Positions 45,301 to 54,952 of a stretch of 64,000 bases of DNA are shown one piece after another. The notes beneath the pieces are model-generated. The model was not told the origin of the DNA and did not search any database. It worked only from the letters and a program-made list of their open reading frames with translations. This DNA is from Chitinophagales bacterium. GTDB taxonomy: Bacteria > Bacteroidota > Bacteroidia > Chitinophagales > BACL12. Position 1 is the stretch's first letter. Every line of letters starts with the position of its first letter. The stretch spans positions 48,156-112,155 of the forward strand of contig JBGSYF010000022.1 in NCBI GenBank assembly GCA_041751015.1. The letters are read 5' to 3'. The translations under genes and the position numbers were made by a program.

Positions 45301-47295
45301 GCTGAACAAGACCGGGAATTTTCCCTCCAGAGGAAACTCGTTGGGATCGCCAATGTTGTAGTCAAAGGTGTTGATGGAACTGTGGCCGAAAAAAGTCATC
45401 AGCGAAACCCCGGCGTTGAGCAGGGAATCAATTCGCTCTTTGGGCGGCGAGGTTATGGGGTCGGTGCTGGTCTTGTAAAAAGGATAGACCTTTCCCCCGT
45501 ACTGAACATCTTCGATGTCCTCGCTGTAGCCCTCCAGATAGCTGCGGAAGGTGCTCTGCTCAAAGGCGCTGATGCCGCCTCCGAAATGCAGGATGTTCTT
45601 CATCCAGAACTTGTTGGATACCGTCTGCAAATTGCTCTGCTGACGGGCGTCAAACTCCAGCATCTTTTCATAGTAGATGCGCACATGGTCGCCGTTGCGC
45701 GCTGCAAGTCTGCCGATGTTGAGCACCGGGGCAATCTTGCCCCGCTTAGCGGCCAGAAGCAAGTCCGAGCCCGGTTCGCCCCAGGTGGGAATATAGGTCA
45801 GGTTGTAACTGGCGCTGCTGTTGCGGTAGTCGTTGTAGCGCCGACCGTGCCCGATCAGAAACAGGTTTTCCGCCCCAGGGCTGAACTGTTCGGCAATGAA
45901 ATGCGAGAACTGCCGTATGGCCATGGGGTGCTTGCGTATGCCATAGCCAAATTGATCGTATACTTCATTAATATCTACAATGATGGCCTTGTGACCCCCG
46001 CCGGCCGTGGAGGAGCGGTGCATGCGGTAGCGCTCCACCCAATCCACCGAATCGGCATCGCGGCGCACAAAGGGATGGGTGAGGATAACAAAGTTGCCCT
46101 GATTGGCCTCCAGACTGAAATCGGTGAAGCTCACCGGGGCAAAACTCAGATAGCTGCGAATGGCGCTGCTGGCCGCGCTGTTCATGTACAATTCGGCTCC
46201 TGTTGCGTCGTAGGGCAGACGAAAAAAAACAGAGTCTGTTGAGCGGATGCCGATGATGCGCTTGTGGTTGCTCAGATCGTAGAGTATAGGATCAAGACTG
46301 CTGGTGCTGAAGCTCTTGATGCCGATTACCCGGTCTGCGGCCACCTGGTCATTGACCCTAAAACGCGCTCTTATGCTGCCGCTGAAGCGGGGCTGTCGGG
46401 CGTAGTCGCAGCGGATCAGGGAGAAGCGCTGCCGGTCGTTGAGCCCGGTGCCCGCAGCCGTCACGACTACGCTGTTCGAAGCGCTCATTGCAGGCGCATC
46501 AAATTCATAGCGCCTGACAGAATAGCCCCCATAGATCTCATCGGCGATGCTGCTGCCGTTGACGGTCAGGATGGTTCGGTGAACATCGCTGCCCGTGGCC
46601 ACCAGCACGATCTTCATCTTTGCCTGAGAGAGCAAAGGGGTGTAGATCTCCGGAGTGCTCAGGGTGCGGGTTGCCGTGGTCTTGTTGAAGGGCGCTTCGG
46701 TGAAGCCCTCTCCATCGGTGTACTGACTGGAGTACACGGTGGAGATATCCCCGCCACGGTTAAACTGCGAGAAAACTTTATATACGTTTTTTGCACTGAA
46801 TGAAATCCAGGCATCGGCCGGCGGAGCCCCGGTCAAATCATTGCTCAGGTTCTCCAGGCGGCGATTGCTCAGGCTGTTGTTCCAGGTCAGAAAGTAGGCC
46901 GCCGAATCGTTGAACAGGCTGAATTCCTGATGCAGCATCAGCGAGGCGGAAGCGTAGCAGAGGCTGTCAAAGCTGCCGTCGTTGCCCGCACCAAAGAATT
47001 CGATGAAGTCGCCGTTGTTGAACGCACCATCACTTTCGCCCTGAATGAAGATGTACTGCTCCCGGCCCTGGTGGAAAAGTTGAATGTTGCGGGGATCCAG
47101 GCTGCCCAGATCATGCCCGGCCTGGCCGAGCACATCGGCCATCTGCGCGCTGTCAATCCTGACCAGGCCCTCATCCTTGACGTAGAGCTTGAACCAGGCT
47201 TGATCATGCCGTATCCATTCGTTTCCGTAAATCTGAGCGGAAAGCGACAAGTCTGCAAGGCTCCATAAGATGATCAGGAGTAGGGTGTGCCTCAT
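42301..47295 (-). CDS. porU: PorU-like T9SS C-terminal signal peptidase / sortase (peptidase C25 family), unusually long
   Basis: 1664 aa. C25-type block VILTHPF...IVDINEVYDQFGYG...LFLIGHGRRYNDYR...IGRLAARN...MTFFGHSS...PVLFSNGCVTG (His/Cys dyad). CTD-like C-terminus. ATGA overlap with porV. Confidence 0.7.
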   Translation of the reverse strand: MRHTLLLIILWSLADLSLSAQIYGNEWIRHDQAWFKLYVKDEGLVRIDSAQMADVLGQAGHDLGSLDPRNIQLFHQGREQYIFIQGESDGAFNNGDFIEFFGAGNDGSFDSLCYASASLMLHQEFSLFNDSAAYFLTWNNSLSNRRLENLSNDLTGAPPADAWISFSAKNVYKVFSQFNRGGDISTVYSSQYTDGEGFTEAPFNKTTATRTLSTPEIYTPLLSQAKMKIVLVATGSDVHRTILTVNGSSIADEIYGGYSVRRYEFDAPAMSASNSVVVTAAGTGLNDRQRFSLIRCDYARQPRFSGSIRARFRVNDQVAADRVIGIKSFSTSSLDPILYDLSNHKRIIGIRSTDSVFFRLPYDATGAELYMNSAASSAIRSYLSFAPVSFTDFSLEANQGNFVILTHPFVRRDADSVDWVERYRMHRSSTAGGGHKAIIVDINEVYDQFGYGIRKHPMAIRQFSHFIAEQFSPGAENLFLIGHGRRYNDYRNSSASYNLTYIPTWGEPGSDLLLAAKRGKIAPVLNIGRLAARNGDHVRIYYEKMLEFDARQQSNLQTVSNKFWMKNILHFGGGISAFEQSTFRSYLEGYSEDIEDVQYGGKVYPFYKTSTDPITSPPKERIDSLLNAGVSLMTFFGHSSINTFDYNIGDPNEFPLEGKFPVLFSNGCVTGEMHQSATSLSEIYVLAPDKGTIAFIAASTFSFATGLHAFARVLYRRMADEDYALPFAGAIRQSIAELEGSAGGVTRLAMEHTTMHGDPSITLNNHRKPDYAIEAPYVNFLPERVTLASDSFDVAIQVFNLGLARDTAYFVTLRRTFADGSSQEFIQRVKASVYKDTVVFRLATNAIKGAGLNQLEIRVDAQNEVEELDEMNNILGLPLLVISDDAIPIWPYDFAIVNGPVDALKASTSDVFAPERQYIMQIDTSILYNSPLKQEHRITESGGVLQWLNPPVLWMDSSVYYWRVSLDSIYGNNLNWRQHSFIYIPDYSPGWNQSHYYQYQLNRYSNIRLDPDRVFRFVNDVRVLDFQTGGVFWYQVVSYLDNNQQAFGSCANEGFVVFVFNPANGIAWNSYNTGGAVGPYGDYYCSSEPSQGFIQYRTNLPAEREALFRLLMDTIPHGFYVGAYTTTVEPNYAVLSSEKYLWGTDSLSLIDAFQYYGASAITGFDTLSYRPPYCFFGRKGFPEDAEEVFGATSTELITASFNIPGFWVEGLYSTPPIGQASSWGQLLWNSQSADPIDVDEQSVSIIGVGAGGVESVLAPSVKGDTILSWINAEMWPHIRLQMNARDDSLRTPTQLGYWRVIYQPVPEAALNPNGHFVLNLDTLVQGQSLELEIASDNISIWDMDSLLVNFELLDQNNVRYPIPYERRDSLRNGERQIHKIQFDTRDYPAGRNFIVVDVNPDDDQPEQYRFNNVGLIPIFVEADKVNPWLDVTFDGAAIMDGDLVSAKPDILIRLSDDNPILALDDTTHISLTLVYPDGQTQRIHYNNPILRFIPAQSGSLSSGNRAEVELRPELEQDGLYSLVVSGKDASENKAGELDYRVSFEVINKPMISNVLNYPNPFTTRTHFVFTLTGSELPEYFKIQIMTVSGRIIREIQRSELGVIRIGLNKTEYTWDGTDQFGDAVGNGLYLYRVVARLNNQRMDHYDTKADRWFESGFGKMYLAR

Positions 47296-48404
47296 CAGCC
47301 TTCACGTTGGCGGGTACTGCCCGTATTGCGCTTGTTGATGTCCAGAATCAGGGAGAAGATGTTGGAGTACAACAATTGCTCCCTGTTTCCCAGATTGGTA
47401 TAGGCGTAGTCGAGTTGGACGCCTTTGATGCGAATGCCCAAACCCATGTTGGGCTGCACGATGTAGGCCTGCTCCAGGTTCTCATCCGAGGTGGCCTTTT
47501 GGATGTTTCCGACACCGGCCCGAAGGAAGATGAACTTGGAGTAGTTCAGTTCCAGGCCCATGTGGGGATCGGCCGAGACCGGAGCTGCAGAGATCAGGGT
47601 GTTTCTTCGCCCGTCGGTGGTCAGGTCGATGTTGACTTCGCCCAGCAAACCAAACTTTTCAGAGATGTCCCAGTCGTAGCCGACCGCCAGAATGATGCGG
47701 GGAGCCGTGATCTCGTAGCTGCTCTCCGGAACCACATTGCCCGTGTTGAGCAGCACCTGCTTTTCCTCCTCATTGAAGGAGAAGGACCAGGCGTTGAAGG
47801 TGGTGGTAATGTCCCGGCCCATCAGGCCGAAACGCCAGTTCTTTCGGGCGTATTGAAGACCCAGGTCGAGCCCAAAGCCCCAAGCATTGGCAAAGCTTCC
47901 GGCATTGCGGTAAATGATCTTGGCCGATCCGCCGACCCGAAGCCCTTCGACCTTCAATTGCTGGGCATAGCTGAGCAAAAAGGCGTAGTCAGCCACCGAA
48001 AAGCTGGTGATGTTGTCGTAGTTGATGCTGCCGTCCGGCTCAAAGAGAAAGAGGGTATTGGGGATGTCGTCCACCCCGAAGCGGATCATAGTGATGCCCA
48101 GATGCCTGTCGGCTCCTTTAACGGGAATGGCCACCGCGCCATAGTCATACTTGGCAATGCCGGCAAAGTATTCGGCGTGCATCAGGCCCACCTGTACATC
48201 GCTGGAGATACCGGCCAGTCCCGCGGGATTCCAGTAGCCGGAGGTGATGTCCCCAATACTGGCCACGGTGGCTCCGGACATAGCCAGAGATCGGGCCCCA
48301 ATTCCGATGGACAAAAACTCATTGCTGTACTTGCGCACCTGGGCATCAGCGCTCAGGCTTAGCGTGCAGATCAGTAAAAAAGTCAGGACTCGGGTGTAAC
48401 TCAT
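47295..48404 (-). CDS. porV: T9SS outer-membrane shuttle protein PorV (LptO)
   Basis: N-terminus ...AQVRKYSNEFLSIGIGARSLAMSGATVASIGDITSGYWNPAGLAGI is the PorV signature. About 369-aa beta-barrel. Confidence 0.85.
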   Translation of the reverse strand: MSYTRVLTFLLICTLSLSADAQVRKYSNEFLSIGIGARSLAMSGATVASIGDITSGYWNPAGLAGISSDVQVGLMHAEYFAGIAKYDYGAVAIPVKGADRHLGITMIRFGVDDIPNTLFLFEPDGSINYDNITSFSVADYAFLLSYAQQLKVEGLRVGGSAKIIYRNAGSFANAWGFGLDLGLQYARKNWRFGLMGRDITTTFNAWSFSFNEEEKQVLLNTGNVVPESSYEITAPRIILAVGYDWDISEKFGLLGEVNIDLTTDGRRNTLISAAPVSADPHMGLELNYSKFIFLRAGVGNIQKATSDENLEQAYIVQPNMGLGIRIKGVQLDYAYTNLGNREQLLYSNIFSLILDINKRNTGSTRQREG

Positions 48405-49069
48405 TGGCGCAGCTCGTCAAAGATGGTCAGTGGGTCGGCTTCCAGCAGGGCTTCGGTGCGCTCTATGGTGTCCAGCAGTCGGGGCTCATCCTCGGCCGCA
48501 ATGACCGATTGGCCGACCTTTTGATTGAGCACATTCAACGCGTAGATCATCATCTCATTGCCCGGATAGCGATACAGAAAGCGGTCTTTGCAAAAGTAAC
48601 GGACCCGCTGATAGACCGCCCTCGGTCGCTGAACGATCTTGTTGTGTTGAAAATAATTGACCAGTATGGGCTCTTCAACCTGCTCCAGGGTGTCGTAGAA
48701 GCTTTCCATGACCTCCGGGTTGCGCTTGATCAGCACCCTGTCCAGCATCAACTCTAGTAAAACGTGGGCAAAGACGGGTATGCGGGAGGGTATGCTGACA
48801 TAGGTGTATTCCAGCATCCAGTTTTTGATCTGCTCACAATGGTTGTGGAAAAAATCAGAGGTGTGAAAGGCCCCGTCCACTTCCAAATGTCGCAGAATGC
48901 CTTTGTTGAGATGGTCGGAGAACTCGTCCTGGGCGCTCGTGAGGGCTTCGGGTACAAAGCGAATCTTCCGGGGTTCCAGCTCTCTGACCAGGTCGGGCAG
49001 GATCAGCCCCAATACAAAGTATGGGCGCTCATCGGGATGCTCGCAATAATAGTGACTGAGGTAGTTCAC
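48401..49069 (-). CDS. AcpH-like (acyl carrier protein phosphodiesterase family) protein, tentative
   Basis: MNYLSHYYCEH...GLILPDLVRE...GILRHLEVDGAFHTS...HVLLELMLDRVL loosely follows the E. coli AcpH pattern MNFLAHLHLA...ADFVRG...H..ID. ATGA overlap with porV. Confidence 0.4.
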   Translation of the reverse strand: MNYLSHYYCEHPDERPYFVLGLILPDLVRELEPRKIRFVPEALTSAQDEFSDHLNKGILRHLEVDGAFHTSDFFHNHCEQIKNWMLEYTYVSIPSRIPVFAHVLLELMLDRVLIKRNPEVMESFYDTLEQVEEPILVNYFQHNKIVQRPRAVYQRVRYFCKDRFLYRYPGNEMMIYALNVLNQKVGQSVIAAEDEPRLLDTIERTEALLEADPLTIFDELRQ

Positions 49070-49257
49070 GATAGAATGACATAAATCTACTCCCTTTAAG
49101 CCTTGTTTGGGGTCTTGAGTGCAGGACTACAAACACAAAAGGAAAGTAAGCGAACAAAAGCAATTCGGATATGACCGAAGAGCATGAAAGAGAACCGGAA
49201 ACGGATATCGGCAAAGGTACATACGTTTCAGGCGGGCAAGAGGTTCGCCTGCAAGGC

Positions 49258-49265
49258 TATATTTG
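49258..49265 (+). promoter_or_regulatory. Bacteroidota-type -7 promoter box for tyrS
   Basis: TATATTTG lies 20 nt upstream of the ATG at 49285. Confidence 0.45.
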
Positions 49266-49284
49266 CGCACTTAGAGCCTGATTT

Positions 49285-50571
49285 ATGCCCGAATTCAAGA
49301 CTTTGGTTGAAGAGCTCCGCTGGCGGGGCCTGATTCACGACATCATGCCGAGAACCGAAGAGGAGCTGGAAGCTGGTCCCATGACCGCCTATATCGGATT
49401 TGATCCCACGGCCGATTCCCTGCATGTGGGGAGTTTTGTGCCCATCATGATGCTCAGCCACCTTCAGCGCCGGGGCCACAAAGTGCTGGCCATCATCGGC
49501 GGAGCGACCGGCATGATCGGTGACCCTTCCGGCAAATCCGATGAGCGCAATCTGCTGGATGAAGACAGCCTTCGACACAACGAGCGGGCTGTCGGCGCTC
49601 AACTCGGCCGTTTCTTGGAGTTTGAGGGACCCATGGGCGCAGAGGTGCTGAACAACTACGACTGGTTCAAGGACATGGGCTATCTGACCTTCATCCGGGA
49701 CATCGGTAAACATATTTCCATCAATTATATGATGGCGAAAGATTCAGTCAAAAAGCGCTTGGAAACGGGCATTTCCTTCACGGAGTTCACCTATCAACTC
49801 GCTCAGGGCTACGATTATCTTCATCTGTACGAAAGTCGGGGCTGCCGTTTGCAGGCCGGGGGCTCCGATCAGTGGGGCAACATTACCACGGGAACGGAGC
49901 TGATCAGGCGCAAGCTGGGCGGTGAAGCCTTCGCCCTGACCTTTCCCCTGATCACCAAGGCCGATGGCAAGAAGTTCGGCAAGACGGAGCAGGGCAATGT
50001 CTGGCTCGACCGAAGGCGCACTTCGCCCTACCAATTCTACCAGTACTGGCTAAACACCCCTGATGAGGACGCCTTGCGCTACTTGCGCATCTTCACTTTT
50101 TTGAGCCGCGAGGAGATTGAGGCTATAGAAGAGGAGCACGCCGCGGCTCCGGAGCGCCGTCTGGCGCAGAGCCGTCTGGCCGAAGATATGACCCTGAGGG
50201 TGCACAGCCAGGAGGATCTGGAGATGGCCCGCTCAGCGAGCCGAATGTTGTTCGGTCAGAGCACTGCTGAAGAGCTGGCCAAGCTGGATGAGCAAACCTT
50301 TGAAGATCTGTTCGAAGGGGTGCCGCGCTTCGCCCTGGAGGCTGCCCGCCTGGCGGGAGATGGCATACCCCTGGTAGATTTGCTCGCCGATCTGGAGCTT
50401 CTGCCTTCGCGGGCTGAGATCCGCAGAGCTTTGAAGGAAAATTCCCTGGCGCTCAACAAGACCAAGGATCTGAACGAAGAGCGCATGGTCAGCTCAGCCG
50501 ATCTGCTCAACGGGCGCTACCTGCTCTTCCAACGGGGCAAGAAGCAGTACTATCTGGTGGTGGCCAATTGA
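49285..50571 (+). CDS. tyrS: tyrosine--tRNA ligase
   Basis: [20 protein letters not shown] (HIGH-type), [14 protein letters not shown] (KMSKS-type), and a C-terminal S4-like domain. Confidence 0.93.
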   Translation: MPEFKTLVEELRWRGLIHDIMPRTEEELEAGPMTAYIGFDPTADSLHVGSFVPIMMLSHLQRRGHKVLAIIGGATGMIGDPSGKSDERNLLDEDSLRHNERAVGAQLGRFLEFEGPMGAEVLNNYDWFKDMGYLTFIRDIGKHISINYMMAKDSVKKRLETGISFTEFTYQLAQGYDYLHLYESRGCRLQAGGSDQWGNITTGTELIRRKLGGEAFALTFPLITKADGKKFGKTEQGNVWLDRRRTSPYQFYQYWLNTPDEDALRYLRIFTFLSREEIEAIEEEHAAAPERRLAQSRLAEDMTLRVHSQEDLEMARSASRMLFGQSTAEELAKLDEQTFEDLFEGVPRFALEAARLAGDGIPLVDLLADLELLPSRAEIRRALKENSLALNKTKDLNEERMVSSADLLNGRYLLFQRGKKQYYLVVAN

Positions 50572-50584
50572 ATGCCTGGCAGTT

Positions 50585-51202
50585 TTAGGGAAGAATCAGT
50601 CTTTGCACATCCAGTACCATTCCTTCAGTATTGAGCACCTGCAGGAAATACAGCCCCGATTCCCTTCCCTTGCGCTGCAAAAGAAACTGGCCGGAGGCAC
50701 TCGGCTCCAGCTCTTCCAACACCTGACCCGTTGAATTCAGCCAGCGCAGCATCAGGGGCTCGGCGCTCAAATGCGTAAAGCTGGCCATGCCATCGCCGAT
50801 CAAGGGGTTGGACGGGAGCAGCAAGACTCCCGGGACGAATGACCGGTAGGGCAGGCTGATCCATTCCGAAACCACCGTTCCATTGCTGGCATAGATGCGA
50901 TACCAATAGCGATGTGCTCCGGGTTGGTGCTCGCTGTCGGTATAGTCGTAGGGCGAATCGCTGTTATCGCTGCCACAGATGCCAAAAACGGTGCTCAGGG
51001 TCTGAAAATTCAGGCTGTCCTGGCTGCGCTGAACCTGCATGTCAATGCAACTGAGGCCTTTGGGGATGAACCAGTTCAACTGAACATCCGCTCCTACCTG
51101 CTGAGCGCGAAAGCCCTGGATGATGGGGCTTTGAGCACTCAAGCCTGGATTTGCACTCATCAAGAGGGGCAATAAGATCCATATCAATCGGCTGCCTATC
51201 AC
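50585..51202 (-). CDS. small secreted protein with T9SS type A C-terminal sorting domain
   Basis: Signal peptide LIWILLPLLMSANPGLSAQ. C-terminus ...LLPSNPLIGDGMASF...GLYFLQVLNTEGMVLDVQRLIL. Confidence 0.55.
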   Translation of the reverse strand: MIGSRLIWILLPLLMSANPGLSAQSPIIQGFRAQQVGADVQLNWFIPKGLSCIDMQVQRSQDSLNFQTLSTVFGICGSDNSDSPYDYTDSEHQPGAHRYWYRIYASNGTVVSEWISLPYRSFVPGVLLLPSNPLIGDGMASFTHLSAEPLMLRWLNSTGQVLEELEPSASGQFLLQRKGRESGLYFLQVLNTEGMVLDVQRLILP

Positions 51203-51351
51203 CTTTTCTCAACAAATAGTTCTGGTGGTTTGGTTCCCGCTGAGTGTACTACTTTTTATCAAGGCAAAGTTTTATTATAGCTCTCAAATAGTTGGGTAGC
51301 CGCCCATGAGCTGCCCGGGCATTGCCAGGCTGCCCAAGAATCATTATAATT

Positions 51352-51798
51352 ATGAAAAATATTATATTTATTTTATGTACTATGATTGGCCTGGGTCTTT
51401 TTGTCTTTGGGCTGATTATGGCCATTATCTTCTCGATCGCTGAGGATGCCAGAGAAATGAACCCTGTTTTTCTACATACGACTCAAAGTATTGCCGCAGT
51501 ATTGGCTACCAATTTAGGCGCAGTTCTTGGATTTGCGGTTATGGACCCGCAATCGGCCTTCAGGGTGGCGGCACAATGGAACCCAATGCGGTGGTTTGGT
51601 AAGTTGAGCACTGCCCACATTCAGATGTTGGCGACTATAATCTATTTGTTGGGTATGCTGTCGGCTTTTATCGTCTGGGTCATTCTGGGTTTCAATGAAG
51701 AGCCGGCTGAGATCGTGCCCCTGATTCCCGCCCTGGGAAGCTCATTGCTCGGGGTAATTGTCGGTTCCATGGTCGTAGTACTCGGTAAGCCCGAATAG
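51352..51798 (+). CDS. hypothetical multi-pass membrane protein
   Basis: Starting at ATG 51352 gives MKNIIFILCTMIGLGLFVFGLIMAIIF. Four hydrophobic segments. Confidence 0.5.
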   Translation: MKNIIFILCTMIGLGLFVFGLIMAIIFSIAEDAREMNPVFLHTTQSIAAVLATNLGAVLGFAVMDPQSAFRVAAQWNPMRWFGKLSTAHIQMLATIIYLLGMLSAFIVWVILGFNEEPAEIVPLIPALGSSLLGVIVGSMVVVLGKPE

Positions 51799-51835
51799 GG
51801 CAGAAGCTTGCGGCATTGCGCTTAGCTTTACCCCC

Positions 51836-53605
51836 ATGGATATTATCCTGGTATTCATTGTACTCTTATTGGCTATAGTGCTCTTTGTATGGGGCAGGTT
51901 TCGCCATGATATCGTTGCCATCATGGCCTTGCTGGCCATGGTTTTTATGGGTTTGGTGCCCGCAGAGGAGGCTTTTGCAGGATTCGGGCATCCGGCGGTG
52001 ATCACGGTTGCCGTTGTTCTGGTGATCGGAAAGGCCCTGGAGCACTCCGGTTTGATCGATCTTCTGGGTAAATGGGTGAGCAGGGTAGGACAGAACCTGA
52101 CTTTGCAGGTGGCCACCCTGTGTTTCCTGGTTGCCCTGGCCTCGGCCTTCATGAACAATGTGGGTGCGCTGGCAATCCTGATGCCCGTAGCGCTGAGCAT
52201 AGCTAAGAAGAACAAGACGGCTCCCAGCAATCTGCTCATGCCTATTGCCTTTGCCTCCTTGCTCGGGGGCATGATCACCCTGATTGGAACACCGCCCAAC
52301 ATCATCATCGCCTCGCTCAGGGCCAGCGAAGTAGGGGAGCCCTTCGGCATGTTTGACTTCTCAGCCGTCGGGATAGCGCTGTCCGTGGTGGGTATTTTGT
52401 TCATCTCCCTGGTGGGCTGGCGTCTGCTCCCTTCCAGAATGGGTCAAAGGTCGCTCTCGGATTCCTTTAGAATCAAGGATTACATCACAGAGTTGAGGGT
52501 GTCTAAACAGTCCAAGGCTATAGGTTACAGCATTATTGAATTGATGCAACGCCTGAAATTGGATGTTCAGATTCTGGGTATCGTCCGAAACAACCGCCGC
52601 ATGCACGCTCCGGACAGCGCGGAGCAAATCATGGAAGAGGATATCCTGATTCTGGAAAGCGATACAGAATCCCTAAGACGCTTTGTTGACGAGACCCGCA
52701 CCGATCTGGTCGGGGATGAGAAGCTGACTACGACGGCTGCCGGTTCCCAGGACATCGTCATCACAGAGGCTATTGTTATGCAGGACTCCCTGTTGATCGG
52801 ACAGAGTACTTCGGGATTGAGTCTGCGCAGAAAGTACGGCATCAATCTTCTGGCCGTCTCCAGAAAGTCAAAGAAAATTTATAATAGACTTGATCATATT
52901 ATGTTTCAGCCCGGTGATGTCATCATGATTCAGGGCTATGCGCAGACCTTAAGTGAAACGGTCATTACCATAGGCTGTATTCCGCTGGCTCAGCGCAGTC
53001 TCAAGATCGGTTTTGAGAAACGCATCCTCATGACCCTTTCTATTTTTCTGACGTCTATTGCCCTGGTCATAGCGGGCATCTTGCCCGTGCACATTTCCTT
53101 CACACTGGCAGCGGTCGGAGTAGTGATCAGCGGAGTTCTTCCGCTCAAGGAGCTTTATCAAAGCATAGACTGGCCGGTGATTGTGCTGTTGGGTGCCATG
53201 TTGCCCGTGGGACACGCGCTGGAGACTTCGGGAGGTGCCGATTTGATTGCTCAGCAGATTCTCAGTCTATCCGGTGTTATGCCCGTTTGGTTCATCATGA
53301 GCTTGCTTATGGCCATCACCATGTTGCTTTCCGGAGTGATCAACAACGCCGCAACTGTCGTTTTGATGGCGCCAATTGGCATCGGACTGGGCCATGGCAT
53401 GAACGCCTCCATAGATCCCTTTCTCATGGTCATTGCCATCGGTGCCTCGGCTTCCTTCCTGACCCCCATTGGCCACCAGTCCAATACCCTGGTTATGGGT
53501 CCGGGCGGGTACCACTTTGGTGATTATTTCCGCATGGGTCTTCCGATGAGCATCATCACCATCGCTGTGGCGGTGCCCATGATCCTCTACATCTGGCCTT
53601 TGTAG
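51836..53605 (+). CDS. SLC13/DASS-family anion permease with central TrkA-C domains
   Basis: 589 aa. Two hydrophobic halves (…FMNNVGALAILMPV…, …GVINNAATVVLMAPI…) flank a soluble ~200-aa insert that resembles paired TrkA-C domains. Confidence 0.75.
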   Translation: MDIILVFIVLLLAIVLFVWGRFRHDIVAIMALLAMVFMGLVPAEEAFAGFGHPAVITVAVVLVIGKALEHSGLIDLLGKWVSRVGQNLTLQVATLCFLVALASAFMNNVGALAILMPVALSIAKKNKTAPSNLLMPIAFASLLGGMITLIGTPPNIIIASLRASEVGEPFGMFDFSAVGIALSVVGILFISLVGWRLLPSRMGQRSLSDSFRIKDYITELRVSKQSKAIGYSIIELMQRLKLDVQILGIVRNNRRMHAPDSAEQIMEEDILILESDTESLRRFVDETRTDLVGDEKLTTTAAGSQDIVITEAIVMQDSLLIGQSTSGLSLRRKYGINLLAVSRKSKKIYNRLDHIMFQPGDVIMIQGYAQTLSETVITIGCIPLAQRSLKIGFEKRILMTLSIFLTSIALVIAGILPVHISFTLAAVGVVISGVLPLKELYQSIDWPVIVLLGAMLPVGHALETSGGADLIAQQILSLSGVMPVWFIMSLLMAITMLLSGVINNAATVVLMAPIGIGLGHGMNASIDPFLMVIAIGASASFLTPIGHQSNTLVMGPGGYHFGDYFRMGLPMSIITIAVAVPMILYIWPL

Positions 53606-53652
53606 TTCGAAGGGCGTTCGCAAGACTTTCGAACTGCAGAGCGAACATCATC

Positions 53653-54921
53653 TCAGTGATCGTTGAGCGGGAGGCCCTTTTGCTGCCATTCCTTCCAGTT
53701 GATGTACTCCGGAGCTACGCGATGCACGTCCATGGTGATGCAGTCCTGGACCGGGCAGACCAACTGACAGAGGTTGCACCCGACGCATTCTTCGTCAATG
53801 ATGGTATAGGTGTTATAGGGATCTCCGCGCTCGATCCGGATGGACTGATGTGAAGTGTCTTCGCAGGCGATGTAGCACAAACCACAATGGATGCACTTGT
53901 CCTGATGGATATGCGCAATATGGTGGTAATTGATGTCCAGATCTTCCCAGTGGGTGATGTGCTCAACGGATTTGCCGATGAAGTCGCTGCATCTCTGGTA
54001 GCCTTTCTCGTCCATCCAATTGTTCAGGCCTTCGCAGAGGTCTTCAATGATGCGAAATCCGTGGGTCATGGCGGCGGTGCAGACTTGCACGGTCGTGCTG
54101 CCCAGCAACATGAACTCGGCTGCGTCGCGCCAGGTGCTGATTCCCCCGATTCCGGAGATGGGAACCTTGCCCGTTATGGGATCCTGAGCTATGGTGCACA
54201 GCATCTTGAGGGCAATCGGTTTGACGGCAGGGCCGCAGTAGCCCCCGTAAACACTTTTGCCCGCCACATAGGGATTGGGCACCAGGGTATCCAGATCAAC
54301 CCCCGTAACACTCTGTATGGTATTGATCAGGCTTAGGGCATTGCTCCCCCCTTCCACACAGGCGCGTCCGGTCGGAACGACCGAATGAACATTGGGCGTG
54401 AGTTTGGTGATCACGGGAATGCTGGCTTTCTCCATCACCCATTCCACCACCATTTTAGCGATCTCGGGATCCTGACCCACCGCCGCGCCCATGCCGCGCT
54501 CGGTCATGCCGTGGGGACAGCCGAAGTTCAGTTCAAAACCCATGGCCCCCGCATCTTCGCACTGCCGGATCAGCTCATGCCAGGACTCTCGGTTGTTGTC
54601 GGCCATCAGCGAGACGATCATGGCCCGATCCGGGTAGGCTTTGACCACTTCCGTGATCTCGCGAAGGTTGATGTGCAGCGGGCGGTCGCTGATCAGCTCA
54701 ATGTTGTTGAAACCCATCATGCGTTTGCCGCCGTAGTTCACCGAACTGTAGCGCGAGGATACATTCTTGACCTGTGCGCCCAGAGTTTTCCAAACCACCC
54801 CGCCCCAGCCGGCTTCATAGGCTCTGAGCACATTGATCTTCTTGTCCGTCGGCGGGGCGCTGGCCAGCCAAAACGGGTTGGGTGATTTTATGCCCAGGAA
54901 ACTGCTGCTCAGATCGGCCAT
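53653..54921 (-). CDS. preA: NAD-dependent dihydropyrimidine dehydrogenase subunit PreA
   Basis: MADLSSSFLGIKSPNPFWLASAPP...GWGGVVWKTLG (DHOD-like barrel). C-terminal 2x 4Fe-4S: CIHCGLCYIAC and CVGCNLCQLVCP. The ATG at 54919-54921 is preferred over the track start 55029. Confidence 0.88.
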   Translation of the reverse strand: MADLSSSFLGIKSPNPFWLASAPPTDKKINVLRAYEAGWGGVVWKTLGAQVKNVSSRYSSVNYGGKRMMGFNNIELISDRPLHINLREITEVVKAYPDRAMIVSLMADNNRESWHELIRQCEDAGAMGFELNFGCPHGMTERGMGAAVGQDPEIAKMVVEWVMEKASIPVITKLTPNVHSVVPTGRACVEGGSNALSLINTIQSVTGVDLDTLVPNPYVAGKSVYGGYCGPAVKPIALKMLCTIAQDPITGKVPISGIGGISTWRDAAEFMLLGSTTVQVCTAAMTHGFRIIEDLCEGLNNWMDEKGYQRCSDFIGKSVEHITHWEDLDINYHHIAHIHQDKCIHCGLCYIACEDTSHQSIRIERGDPYNTYTIIDEECVGCNLCQLVCPVQDCITMDVHRVAPEYINWKEWQQKGLPLNDH

Positions 54922-54952
54922 AATGCGTTGCTTTTTATTGAGGGCTTGTTCT

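Noticed and set aside
53604-53635. 8-bp inverted repeat AGTTCGAA…TTCGAACT between the convergent SLC13 and preA genes, as a bidirectional terminator
   Set aside because: The stem is short, the loop is 16 nt, and no flanking U/A tracts are present. This is insufficient for a terminator call.
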